From NCBI GenBank assembly GCA_965202585.1, contig OZ241828.1, positions 76,198,001-76,262,000 of the forward strand: a stretch of 64,000 nt of DNA, in the 5' to 3' direction. The notes under the pieces were generated by a model. It worked only from the letters and a program-made list of their open reading frames with translations, was not told the DNA's origin and did no database searches. This document shows positions 48,321 through 60,371 of the stretch, piece after piece (position 1 is the stretch's first letter; each line of letters opens with the position of its first letter). A program made the position numbers and the translations under genes. The stretch comes from Thalia democratica (lineage: Eukaryota).

Positions 48321-51300
48321 ACTATTGAGTTATCTTGTTGAAAAACTGAAGTGTCGTAAATTGAGCTCGTTTTAATTTGTTATAATTGATATGCAATTAT
48401 TTTTATCTGTTTTGTTGATTAGTACTTATGAATGTGTTTTATTACAATATCATTCATACGTAATCACAAAAAGTATATAAAAATCACTTTGTTTGTAGCC
48501 ATAATTGTACTGTTTGTAACTTTAAGGCCAACAATACAATTTTTATTAAAATTGCTATTTTTGTTTAAATAATAAAGTTATACAAAACTTTCATACTTAG
48601 CAAATGCAAATTTGTATTAGTAAAAGATATTCATAACAATACATTATTTAATAAAGTTTATATAGCTTATTTGAAAGTTAATACGAGAAAATATTGATTA
48701 TAACGATAAAGATAAACTTAAAACACTTTTTAATGGCTACTAAACAATTACAGCTTTTATATTTTCTTTACATTTGACACTTGTTTGTGTTTATTTATTT
48801 AGTTTTTTTTATATCAATTATTTTTAAAATAGTGCATATTAAGTAACTGCTGATTTAGCAACAATATGAGAAACTAAAATTAGTTTTTTATTAATTTCTG
48901 TGTAAAAGTAAGGAAAATAAGTAAAAATTTACTAACAGTAAGCATTTTAAAAATCATGGTAATCTTTTTGATATATGTAAACTAAATCATTATTACTTTA
49001 ACTTATAGTAAAACTGTAATATAAATAAATTCTAACCATACATAAGTATGCTTTTAACTTTTTTTTTGCACTTTAGGATATTTGATGTCAATAAATACCG
49101 TATACAAAAGTATTGAAAACATGAAGTGTTAAAATGTTTTATTAATAAGACCTACTTTTCAAGAATTACTTATGTACAAGAAATTTTACTAGACAAATTG
49201 CTTAAATATATAAAAACTTTTATCTATATAAACGCTTTAAATTAAAAACGATATTAAAGTATCATAGTAATACGAAACACAAAGTTTTCTCAAAAGAAAC
49301 CCTTTTTAACAGCTAAGTTTATATGGTTAAATTAATATATTAAACTTCTACTTATTATAAATCATATTATTTATATGACTTCAAATAAATAAAACCACGA
49401 AATAAAACCATTTGTAAATTTTAATTACATATTGATGATCAAAATGTTTTTATGGAACAGTTATTATATTTTAGTTTTATATTTTTTACGACATTTAACG
49501 AAAAACAATTTTTACTAAAACTTAAAGTATGATATATTCAGATCAAAAAATTTTAACTACTGTAAAATTATCATTTTAACAGAATATATTTATTAATCTT
49601 ATATTGTACAACAATGTATAACATTTGTTTCTTTTCTAGGTACCTTATTTCATATATAAACTGTAATTTTTTACTATTTAAGATATTTACGTTTAACCTT
49701 TATAAATTGTTAATTATGCATAAGTTAAGGAAACCGATTTAATGCTAATTTAGTATCTTTGCTATATTTTTAGTTTGTAAATAGCTACAAATCAGTATAA
49801 AAAAAACTTAACTAAGTTAACCTGATTGTAAATTCAAGGGTCATTACAGTTTTGATGTTACGTATTATAAAAATGTGTAAAGAAATAAGTTAAAGTGTTT
49901 TAAGAGTTGTAGTACAATTTTTTTGGTCGATAATGTAATTCTTTAATTTACTATAGCAAGCTATAGTTCTAAGTTTATCTGAATATCAATTGAGTTTGTG
50001 AACAGTTATAAAAACTTCAAATCAAAATTGTAAGTTCATAAAATTACTATAGATGTTACTTGGTAAACATTTTGCAAATAAGACTATTAAATAATAAAAT
50101 TAGTGGGAAAGGTTACTGTAGATCATTTTTAAGATGTTGAGTTCTAGTCGTAAATTTTTGATTATTATAGTTGTTTAGCTTTTACTTTGAACTTGAAATT
50201 TAAGAAAATAGTATAATAACAAGTTCTAATACAGTTTATTGCAAGTTAAATAATGAATTTTAAGTACAAAAAAACTGCAAATTTCACGTTCAATTAAATT
50301 TAATGAAGGATAATTATCAATCGTAACAAAAAATACATTTTAAAATGAGCTTTAACGTTATGATATCAGCAAGTAAGCATTTAAAGCAAAACCATAAAAA
50401 CTGGTACATATTTTTGAAAAAGAGTTTTTCGAATAGCCAAAATAAACGAAAGAACTTACTTATAAAGTTTTTTAGTATTATTTAGCAGTAAATACTTTTA
50501 TTTTCACAAGTTCCGATCAATTAAAAAATTCTTTATACACTTAGAAAATGCATTTATAAAACTTTAAATAAAAACTTTTTTTGTGGTTAAAGTGTGCCTG
50601 TTTGTATAGAATACGTTAGAGCTGTTAAAAATACTAAAAAATAGTATAAAGTTAAAACTATTTTCTGAAGTATTAAACAATATCATATATCTTAAAAGCT
50701 TTTCTATTCACTATAAGTTTCTTAACACAAGAAATTGTTAACATTCTCGGAATAATTAAAGTATTTTTATTTCAATATCAAACTCAAACGTATATTAAAT
50801 ATGTAAAATATACGAACATTAATATAATAAAACTAAGCTGTGCCAATTAAAAATGTATAATAGTTTAAATTATTTATAATTAGACAATGCACCAAAAAGT
50901 AAATTTAAGAAAAAGTTTTACTTTTTTATAAGTTACACTCCTGAAACAAAACTAGCAAAGTAACACGAAAAACGTTTTTACATAAAAGGCTTCACATCAA
51001 AGAAACATTATTTGTATTTGATAACATAGTTGAGTGTAAATTGCATTTCCGCACAAATTTGTGTTTCCTGCAATTTATGTAAGCAATTGTGAAAAATCAC
51101 AATTTTAGTTTCTCAAAGCACATTGATACGCCGAAAAACTAATATAAAACATTATTTAAAATGTTCAATATAAAAAGTTTAAAGTTTTATGCAACTGATA
51201 TAGCCTTATTTAACTTTTATGTTGGTTAATCTAAATAATCACAATCTAAATTCTAAAATTTTTCATTTAACTTGCCACGCTGATTGCCTTAACTGTACAT

Positions 51301-51381
51301 TTAGCTAAATATTTTAAATGTATTGCTAGTTTTTAAATATTCGTATAATTTTCATTAATTTGTAAGTACATATAGCAAAGT

Positions 51382-51483
51382 TTAAATGCTTATGTCAATG
51401 TACAACTCAAGAGTTTTAGTGTAAGTTTCAATTAATGGCCTTTTTGCTCCCCCTTTGGCCCCTTTGCTGATTATGGCCCACAT
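51382..51483 (-). CDS. 33-aa smORF copy 2 (MWAIISKGAKGGAKRPLIETYTKTLELYIDISI)
   Basis: cag| acceptor 9 nt upstream of ATG, TAA at 51382. Confidence 0.6.
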   Translation of the reverse strand: MWAIISKGAKGGAKRPLIETYTKTLELYIDISI

Positions 51484-51932
51484 TGTGAATACCTGGTATA
51501 CATTTATTTTTGATAATCAATTCAAAAGAATCAATTATCATGTAATCATACACAGTAAGCTAGTTTTAAGCACACTAATTTTATCATTAGGCTACTGGGT
51601 TGTAATGAAATAATAATACAGTAACATTAATAAGCTATTTTCAGTTGAACTTAGTGAATCGTAAGTGAATTATAGTAAAAAATTCTTATTAAAAAAATTT
51701 TGAAAACTAATATCATTTTTGTTTTAAATGTTATTTAAATTTTTTAATTAAAATAATTATATGTATCGTATAAGATTTAAGCAAAACCAAAAAATATCTT
51801 GTTTTAAAAAATAAGTTTTGGTAAACACTAAAATTTAAAATTTTAACTAAAAATAAGTAAAAAACCAAAATTTTCTCTAAAAGGTTGAGATTTGTCGCGC
51901 TATCTTTCATATATAATGAAAACTTCACAAAT

Positions 51933-52066
51933 CAACAGCATTCGAGGCAACCTACGACCAGTTTCATCCTAATTAAAACTCATTTACAGCGGTTTCTCGC
52001 AACTCTGCCTGTCTAATGAGTCTTAATAAGGACGAAACCGGTCGTAGGTTGCCTCCTATGCTGTTG
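51933..52066 (-). ncRNA. Long hairpin copy 2: 52-bp stem, 30-nt loop
   Basis: 46 Watson-Crick pairs, 3 G:U pairs (wobble only on the minus strand), 3 mismatches. Confidence 0.65.
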
Positions 52067-54474
52067 TTGTCGTTGTTAATCGTGTAGTGAAATTCGTTAA
52101 TTATTAATATCAAACTAAAAATGCTTAAAAAAGTTCTAAAAATTGTGTTTGCTTTAATTTACAATACAAATTGCTTTAGTTTGTAGAAGGCTAGGAATTG
52201 AATTACTAGAATAATAAAAAAAACATTAAAATTGAAATTTTTTGAAGGTATGCATTATAAATTATATAATATTTTGTTCATTAGCGTTGTTTTTAACGTT
52301 TTTTATACATATATTTGTTACATATAGATAAAACGTTTTGATATCGCATTTAGTTTTATTTTAATAGCTTTTCTAGGAAAACTGACATAATAATAATTTG
52401 ATAGCTGAAACTGGAAGTTCATGTAGTTTAGTTTTCCTCGAACTTCTTTAAAAAGTTAAAGCATACTTAAGTTCCGGCGTTGTACTTATATAATACGTTT
52501 TAAATAATAATACAATAAATTAAGAATATTTAATTGGCCATTTAGCAAATAAAAGTTTTGTAACACAACTTATTTTTAAAGGATCAGATAACTTACCGAA
52601 AAATGACGATTAAAATTTTTAGAAAAAAAAATACAAATGTTATATTTAGCTGATCTAACAAATACATTTGTTTAGTGTAAACTATAATTAGTACGTAAAA
52701 GACCTTGTTGTATAAGCATCATTATAAACTCTTGTAGTACACTAGCGTTATGTTCCACATTACCTCTAAGAAACATAAATTTAACTAATAAGGATAAAAA
52801 CTCTCTTATTCGTCAAGTTACACTTGCATATTAAAATTTTTTTAAATCCTAATTTGAACTTAATGAAGCTTCATTCGGTCAACAAAACACCATACTAATT
52901 CATTAAAGTCCCTTTGGTAACACTAAAGTACTAATCTTGTTGCAAATCTGAATGCATAAAAATAAGTTAAAAAGAAAATAACATTTCATCTCAACCTAAA
53001 AAAAAATTGACTTGAAAAGTATATTAATTGTCAGTTTTTAAAAATTGTTAAGTAAATTAAAAAGAAGTTAAAAAATATCGAGTATTTGATCTAAGAAATT
53101 TAATTCCTTGAAAAATAAATTAATTTTGTAAACAAATTACCGACTAAATATACTCAAACTTTTAATGTATCATCAATAAGAAAGTTCTAAAAATCTAACA
53201 GATAAAAAAACATTATCAACACTTTACAAGTGCAATACTTTTTGTAAAAAAGAGATAACTTTAAATCTATCTTAAATTAAAATAGAAGAAAAAAAAATTA
53301 CAAGCTCTGAACCTGTATTAAAATTATGCTTTAATCAGTTGATAATAGTAAAATCGTAATGTTTAAGCAATATTTTCCAAAAACGACTTATTAAATTGTT
53401 TTTAAACAATTTAATTTGTTAACTGCATCGTTTTTCTACATAGATGCCGAGTATAAGTAGAAGCAAAAATGTCTACATACATTTACTTTAAAAAGACGTT
53501 GTACGTGAACCTTTTATTCAATTAGTAATAGGATCAAGAAAAATATTAATTTTACTATTAGACTAGAACAAAAGCTGGTTATATCGATTCATCGGAATAC
53601 AACTTAGTTTTGATTTATAAAATTTAATAGCAAAACATAACAACAATTTTTCAAACTTAATTTTTCACATTCGCTTTTGTTTAGTTTAAATAAGTAATAC
53701 GATAATTTATACATACTCAAAAGTTAAAGTTTTATGATACTTTCTTTACTCTGAAGAATGTATGATGAACTTACGTTGCTATACTATAAATCGTTCAATA
53801 AAAGATTTTTTTTTAGATGTTTGTACTAATTTTTTATATGGTAAGGTTTGTTTATCTTTATTTTTTCATTAATAAAGTTTTATACAGAAAAAAATTTTGC
53901 GATTACATAATAAACAAGTTTGTAACGGTTTTTAAGTTTTTTTTGAAAGTTTTTAGTTAACTACTACTTTGTAGTAAAAATCAGAAAAAAAACCATTTAA
54001 AAATTTGATACTGAATTTATTCTTTATATATAAATTAATTAGGAACAAAAACACGGCTACAAAACATAGTTATAAGAAAATGAGAAAACAAAAAAATATT
54101 TTTATTTGTTCTATACAGCAGTTTTTTTAGCAGAAATCTTCAAACATAATATCAAATGCTGTTGATGATTAACTAATTGATGAAAAACTCAAACTAAACT
54201 GGAACCGTTGATATTTGCAGGAAAACAATACAATAACCTAAAAGAAATTAACGTTCAAAATGAGTAAAATTTATAAATAAATTAAAAAAAAATTTGTACC
54301 TTGACAAAAGTACTTTTACCTTGAAGACTTTTAGTTTAGTTATTTCATTTTTCTTTTAAATCATAAGTTTAAAAGATTTAATTTCTACCCATCACCACTT
54401 TATTTATACGCAACATAAATAAAACATATAACAAAACAGGTTACTCAAATAAGTATTAATTAAATTCTCCTTAC

Positions 54475-54699
54475 CTAATGACCACAATATGCCATATATC
54501 CTTCATCATTAATATGACTATGAACATGATAATCAACTTCCTTGCAATCATCAAAAGCGTAATATTCTTTGCACAGAAAACATTTGACTGTAGTTTGACC
54601 GGAAGCATCATTAGTTAAAGTGACATAAGTTGTGTAAAGATTAGGGTACCTCCAAACCGCATAATCGCAGACAAAATTCGATATATAACTGCGAATCAT
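54475..54699 (-). CDS. 74-aa C2H2-like zinc-finger microprotein, copy 2
   Basis: tcacag| acceptor, same ATG, YCGH-TAG|gtaag. Confidence 0.8.
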   Translation of the reverse strand: MIRSYISNFVCDYAVWRYPNLYTTYVTLTNDASGQTTVKCFLCKEYYAFDDCKEVDYHVHSHINDEGYMAYCGH

Positions 54700-57368
54700 T
54701 TCAGCTTAACAACAAAAAAGCCTGTGATATTATTTGATAAAAAAAAAGATCATTAGCTTGGCTATACAGCAAAAACTTTTTTATAAACTGTTTTCATCAT
54801 TGTATAAATTTTATGAGACATAGAACTTAAGTTGCTTAAAAAATCTAGAATAAATAAAATTCTAAGCGTGACTTTAAGTAATACTTTATATAAACTAACA
54901 CTTTTTATTGATTCAACTTGTTTTAAAGTGTAGACTGCTATTTTAAGACAAGCCAGCTTAATTTTTATATAACACTACTTAAAATATATATAGAGTTAAA
55001 AATAAAATTTACACACATAAACATTTATACATGGTAAATATAAATATATGTTTTATATACAACTAATAATTTTTTTTTTGTTTTACCCAGTTTAGTTATT
55101 TTTTTTTGATGGTCTATAACGTTTAAAGAATATGGTTTTAATGATCATAGTCTTAAAACTGTTCCTACATTCTTTTAAAATACCAAAATTGTTAACAGAT
55201 GTTCTTTTATTTTTACAACTATTAAAATACTAACATGGTCGAATACATCTTTCTTCCTTTTTAAAGTTCTTCACTCTTTCTATTAGTGGTATCGAAAATT
55301 TAATTCTTTTGTATATAGAGGTCTGACTATAGAATGTCAAAATTGATTAAGCTATTAAACATTAGTAAATACTAAAACTCACAAAAACATAGTTTAAAAT
55401 TTATTGGTGTGATAAAATTTTTAATGTATTCATTGCTTAAATAACCTTAAGAAAAGCTAACGCAGCTAAAAATAGTGAACTGAATAACAATTTATTATAA
55501 GATAATAAAAAGCACAAGAAACACTTTACCTAATGTGTTATTTACTTATTTAAAAATGTTTTATCTATTTGTTAGGGAATATTCATTTTTTTTACAGTTT
55601 ATTCTTTTGTAAATAAACATAAATAAAGTATATTTAGATGTCTCTTTAATCCATTTAAGATAAAGAAAATAAGATAGTACGACATTTAAAGAATTAAGTC
55701 ACTGCTGTATATTTAAACTGAAAAATAAGGTAAGTTAAAATTTGAAGTTTTATTAATTTTAAACACTTTTATTGAATTTTGTTAGTGTTTTTTTTCTTAA
55801 ACAATATTTTTAGCGTAACTGTAAATGTCTCTCGATAAATGTAACGTTTTAAGTAGAAATTTAAATTGTAAAACATTTTAATTGGATGTAAGCTAAACAC
55901 ATAACTAAATTTATATTTCAAAAACTTATACCGTTCTACAGTTTCAGCTGACTAGTAAACAAGTACTTATGTATTAAAAACTTTGTTAAATGTAAACCTT
56001 AGGAACAGTTATTTTATGTCTTTTATATCTTTGTAAGAAACTTTTTAACAATAAATTACAAAAATTGGTGATCTTTAAAATAAGCATACAGTAGCGTACA
56101 AACAAATTATTTTACTTGGCACAGAAAGTTTTTGAATATAAAAAAAAATATTGTAGTTCATTTTAGTTAATGATTAAACAGTGGGCTGGTTTCCTGAGCG
56201 ACCCCTGGAAACAACTTTAAAAAAATAATAAAAACGCGGTTGAATATGGTTTTCGTTTAAAAATATTTATTAATAATTAAATCTGTATGCTCAGTTTTTG
56301 ACATCAAGGGAAGTTTAGTTCGTAACTTTTTTGAGCTTTATCAAAAAGGTTTTATAATGTTTTGTAGAATAAAGAAGTATAAATTATATAAAAGTGTTAT
56401 AACTACGAAAGTTGCGAAACTTTATAAAGGAAGCTTTTAGTATAAAATCTGCAAATCAGTTTGAAAACATGTTTTTAAAACTATTTCTGATTTATTTCAC
56501 ATCTCAAAGGGTTTCATATTTAACTCTTAAAACTTTTGACGAAATAACACATTGTTTTTATTCTTAGAACATTCAAAAACCGTAATTTCACATTTTTTTT
56601 GCTTTAAATAAATCTGTCAAATAATTCTTTATATTCGCTATTAGTTTGTTTTTAATTAAAACTTTATTTTAAACAAACTTATTGTAACTTGGAGTTTATG
56701 ACAAAAATCTTATTCATATATCATTAAATATGTTTTTCTATTATTATCACAAGTTAATTACATTTTAGATTAGTTTTTCGATTTTATTTTATTATGTTTA
56801 ATTCATTTCCTTTTTCATGTTGGCTTCACAATGTTTTGGCTTCGATTTTATTTCCACATGTATTATATATTTTCTTGTTCATGTTAGCTTCACAATGTAT
56901 TGACAAAATTTTCACATTGTCAGTAAAAAAAGGACTTCCGTATAAACTTATTTAAATCACTAGAAACTAGAAAACTGAAGTGCTAATCAAAATTTTTCAT
57001 TCTGGTAAACTAGTGTTTTTAAACTTTTTTAATTCTAAATATTTTCATGTTAATGCAAAAGTTGAGCCATTTGTGTTATAGACAACATAGTTTTCTATAG
57101 TTTATTATTAAAAGCCTCTACATTAAACACTCTATTATTTAACAAAAAATGCTGTAACTCCACTGGAAAACGTTTAGAATTACCCAATAAAAATTACTGG
57201 TTACCATTTTTTTTTATTTAAAATAATTATACGTATCGTCTAAGATTTAAACAAAAGCGAAAAACATCTTGTTTAAAAACAAAAATGAAATGCTGCGCTA
57301 AAAACTTTTACTTAGGATTTTAACAACATAATAAGTAGTAAACCAGTATTTATTTCATATAGCATAGT

Positions 57369-57470
57369 TTAGATATTTATGACAATGTTCACCTCAATAA
57401 TATCGGTGTGAGTGTATAATAATGGCAGTGTGCTTTCCGATTTGGCCCCTTTGCAGATTATTGCGTACAT
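57369..57470 (-). CDS. 33-aa smORF copy 3 (MYAIICKGAKSESTLPLLYTHTDIIEVNIVINI)
   Basis: cag| acceptor 9 nt upstream of ATG, TAA at 57369. Confidence 0.6.
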   Translation of the reverse strand: MYAIICKGAKSESTLPLLYTHTDIIEVNIVINI

Positions 57471-57937
57471 TGTGAAACGCTGATGTACATTTATTTTTAA
57501 TATCAAATTCAGAATAGTCAATTGTCATGTAACCGTACACAGTAAATTTCACGCCCACTTGTTTTATCATTAGGCTACTGGGTTAACATGAAAAAATAAT
57601 ACAGTAATAGTAATAAACTACTTTTATTTAAACTTAGTAAATTGTGAAATAAATGTAGCAAAAAACTTATAACAACAATAAATTTAACTTAAAATTATTT
57701 TGTTTTTAATGTTATCCAATTTTTTTAACTAAAGTTACTATAAATATTGTTTAAGATTTAAACAAAAGCAGAAAAAATCTTCTGTAAACAAACAAAAAAA
57801 GGTGTGATAGAAAGTTAAATTTAGGATTATAACTAAATGATAAATGATAAACCATTATTTACCTTGGTCACCATCAACAAGGCTTAGAAGTCTGGCGCTA
57901 ACTATCATAAGTAATTAACTTCGCACAACAGCAGCAG

Positions 57938-58042
57938 CCGAGACAACCTACGACCGGTTTCATCCTAATTAAAACTCATTAACAGCGGTTTATCGCGACT
58001 CTGTTTGCCTGATGAGTCGAAAACGGTCGTAAGTTGTCTCGG
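57938..58042 (-). ncRNA. Long hairpin copy 3 (24-bp core stem retained, about 12 nt deleted from one arm)
   Basis: CCGAGACAACTTACGACCGTTTTC pairs with GAAACCGGTCGTAGGTTGTCTCGG with one G:U on the minus strand and one mismatch. Confidence 0.55.
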
Positions 58043-60149
58043 ATATTGTTACTGATGTTGGTGGTGTGGTCAAGTTAATTATTTACTGATACTAAACTAA
58101 ATATGCTATAAAAAGTTATGAAAATAATTTTTGCTTTAAGTTACAATATAAACTGCTGCAGTTTGTAGAAGCCTAGAAATAGGAAATGTTTGAATAGTAA
58201 AAAACATTTAAATTGGTGATTTTTGAAGGTACCCATTATTAATTGTATAATATTTTCTTAAAAGCCTTGTTTTAATAGTTTTTAAGAGGCATTATTACAC
58301 AAAGACAACGAACTTTTGTATCGCACTTAATTTTATTTGATAATCTTTTTAAAAGTTTGTATACTAATAATTTGAATAAAAAAACCGTTTAAATTTCATG
58401 TATTTTAATTTTCCTGGAACGTGTAAGTGATATTAAAAGGTAAAAGAATGGTTAAATTCCGGCATCGTATTTAAATAACTTGCTTTATAGATAAAATTAA
58501 TAAATTAAGAGTTGTAAAGTGGCCATTTAGCAAAAAAAGTTTTGTAATGGAAAGGCTTATAAATAATATCGAGTATTTAATCTAAGAAACTTATTTCCTT
58601 AAAAAATAAATTAATTTTGTTGATAAACAAGCACCTTAAACTACTTAAACTTTAAATGTTTGATCAATAAAAAACTTCTCAAAATCTAACAGATAATAAA
58701 AACGTTATCAAAACTTAATTAGTACAATATTTTCTTTACAAAAGAGATAACTTTAAATCTATCTTAAATTAAAATAGGAGAAAAAATTACAAGCTTTCGA
58801 CATGTATTGAAATTATGCTTTAATCAGTTTATAATAGTAAAATCGTAATGTTTAAGCAATATTTTCCAAAAACGACTTATAAAATTGTTTTTAAACAATT
58901 TAATTTGTTAACTGCATCGTTTTTCTACATAAATGCTGAGTATAAGTAGAATCAAAAATGTCTACTTACATTTACTTTAAAGAGACGTTGTACGTGAACC
59001 TTTAATTCAATAAGTAATAGGATCAAGATAAATATTAATTTTACTATTAGACTAGACACGAAAGCTGGTTATATCGATTCATCGGAATATAACTTAGTTT
59101 TAATTTATAAAATTTAATGGCAAAACATAACAATAATTTTTCAAACTTAATTTTCACATTCGTTTTTGTTTAGTTTAAATAAGTAAAACGATAATTTATA
59201 CATACTCAAAAGTTAAAGTTTTATGATACTTTCTTTACTCTGAAGAATGTATGATGAACTTACGTTAGTATACTATAAATTGTTTAATAAAAGAAATTAT
59301 TTTTTTTTTAAATGTGCTATTACTAATTTTTTATATGGTAAGGTTTGTTTATCTTAATTTTTCATTAATGAAGTTTTATACTGAAAAAAATTTTGCTAAA
59401 TTTAATAATGCTGTTTTCTACATACTCAAAAGTTGTGATACTTTCATTACTCTAAAGAATGTATGATTAACTTACGTTGCTATTCTATAAATCGATTCAA
59501 AAAAGAAACTAGATGCTTTGCAAATTCTAATCTTTTATATGGTAAAGCTGGTTTCTCTTAAATTATTTATTTATGAAGTTTTATATATAATACAATTATT
59601 ATGATGACATAAAAAACAAGTTTGTTAAGATTATTATTTTTGCTTTAAAAACTTTGTAGTAAAAATAAAAAAAAAGCATTTTGATACGGAATTTATTATG
59701 TATAATAATACCAACTTAAAACAAAAACACGGTTACATACACAATTCGAAGAAAATGAGAAAACAAAAATTTAATATTATTTGTTCTACACAGCAGATTT
59801 CTTTAGTAGAAATCTTCAAATATAATATCAAGTGCGGTTGATGACTAACTAAATGATGAAAACTCAAACTTAATTGGAACCGTGGATATTTGCAGGAATA
59901 CAAAACAAAAACCTGAAAAAAAATTAACGTTCAAAATGAGTAAAATTTATAAATAAATTAAAAAAAATCTGTACCTTGACAAAAGTACTTTTACCTTGAA
60001 GATTTTTAGTTTAGTTATTTCATTTTTCTTTTAAATCATAAGTTTAAAAGATTTAATTTCTACCCATCACCACTTTTTTTATACGCCACATAAATAAATC
60101 ATATAACAAAACAGGTTACTCAAATAAGTATTAATTTAATTCTCCTTAC

Positions 60150-60371
60150 CTAATGACCACAATATGCCATATATCCCTCATCATTAACATGACTATGAAC
60201 ATGATCATCAACTTCCTTGCAATCATCAAAAGCGTAATATTCTTTGCACAGAAAACATTGAACTGTAATTTGATTGGAGGCTTCATCAGTAAGTTCGTAA
60301 ATTGTATAAAGATTAGGGTACCTCCAAACCGCATAATCGCAAACAAAATTCGATACATAACTGCGAATCAT
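60150..60371 (-). CDS. 73-aa C2H2-like zinc-finger microprotein, copy 3 (ATG 60371; the ORF-track extension is intronic)
   Basis: tttcacag| acceptor, same start and end as paralogs. Confidence 0.8.
   Translation of the reverse strand: MIRSYVSNFVCDYAVWRYPNLYTIYELTDEASNQITVQCFLCKEYYAFDDCKEVDDHVHSHVNDEGYMAYCGH

Larger units (their letters stand above)
42600..54925 (-). repeat. Arm 2 of the large inverted duplication
   Basis: Reverse complement of 16380-26890 with arm-specific insertions and deletions. Confidence 0.9.
51300..56500 (-). repeat. Cassette unit 2 (direct tandem partner of 57150-62000)
   Basis: Collinear blocks, e.g. 53280-53760 vs 58760-59280 nearly identical; 55900-56230 vs 61520-61790. 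Confidence 0.85.
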
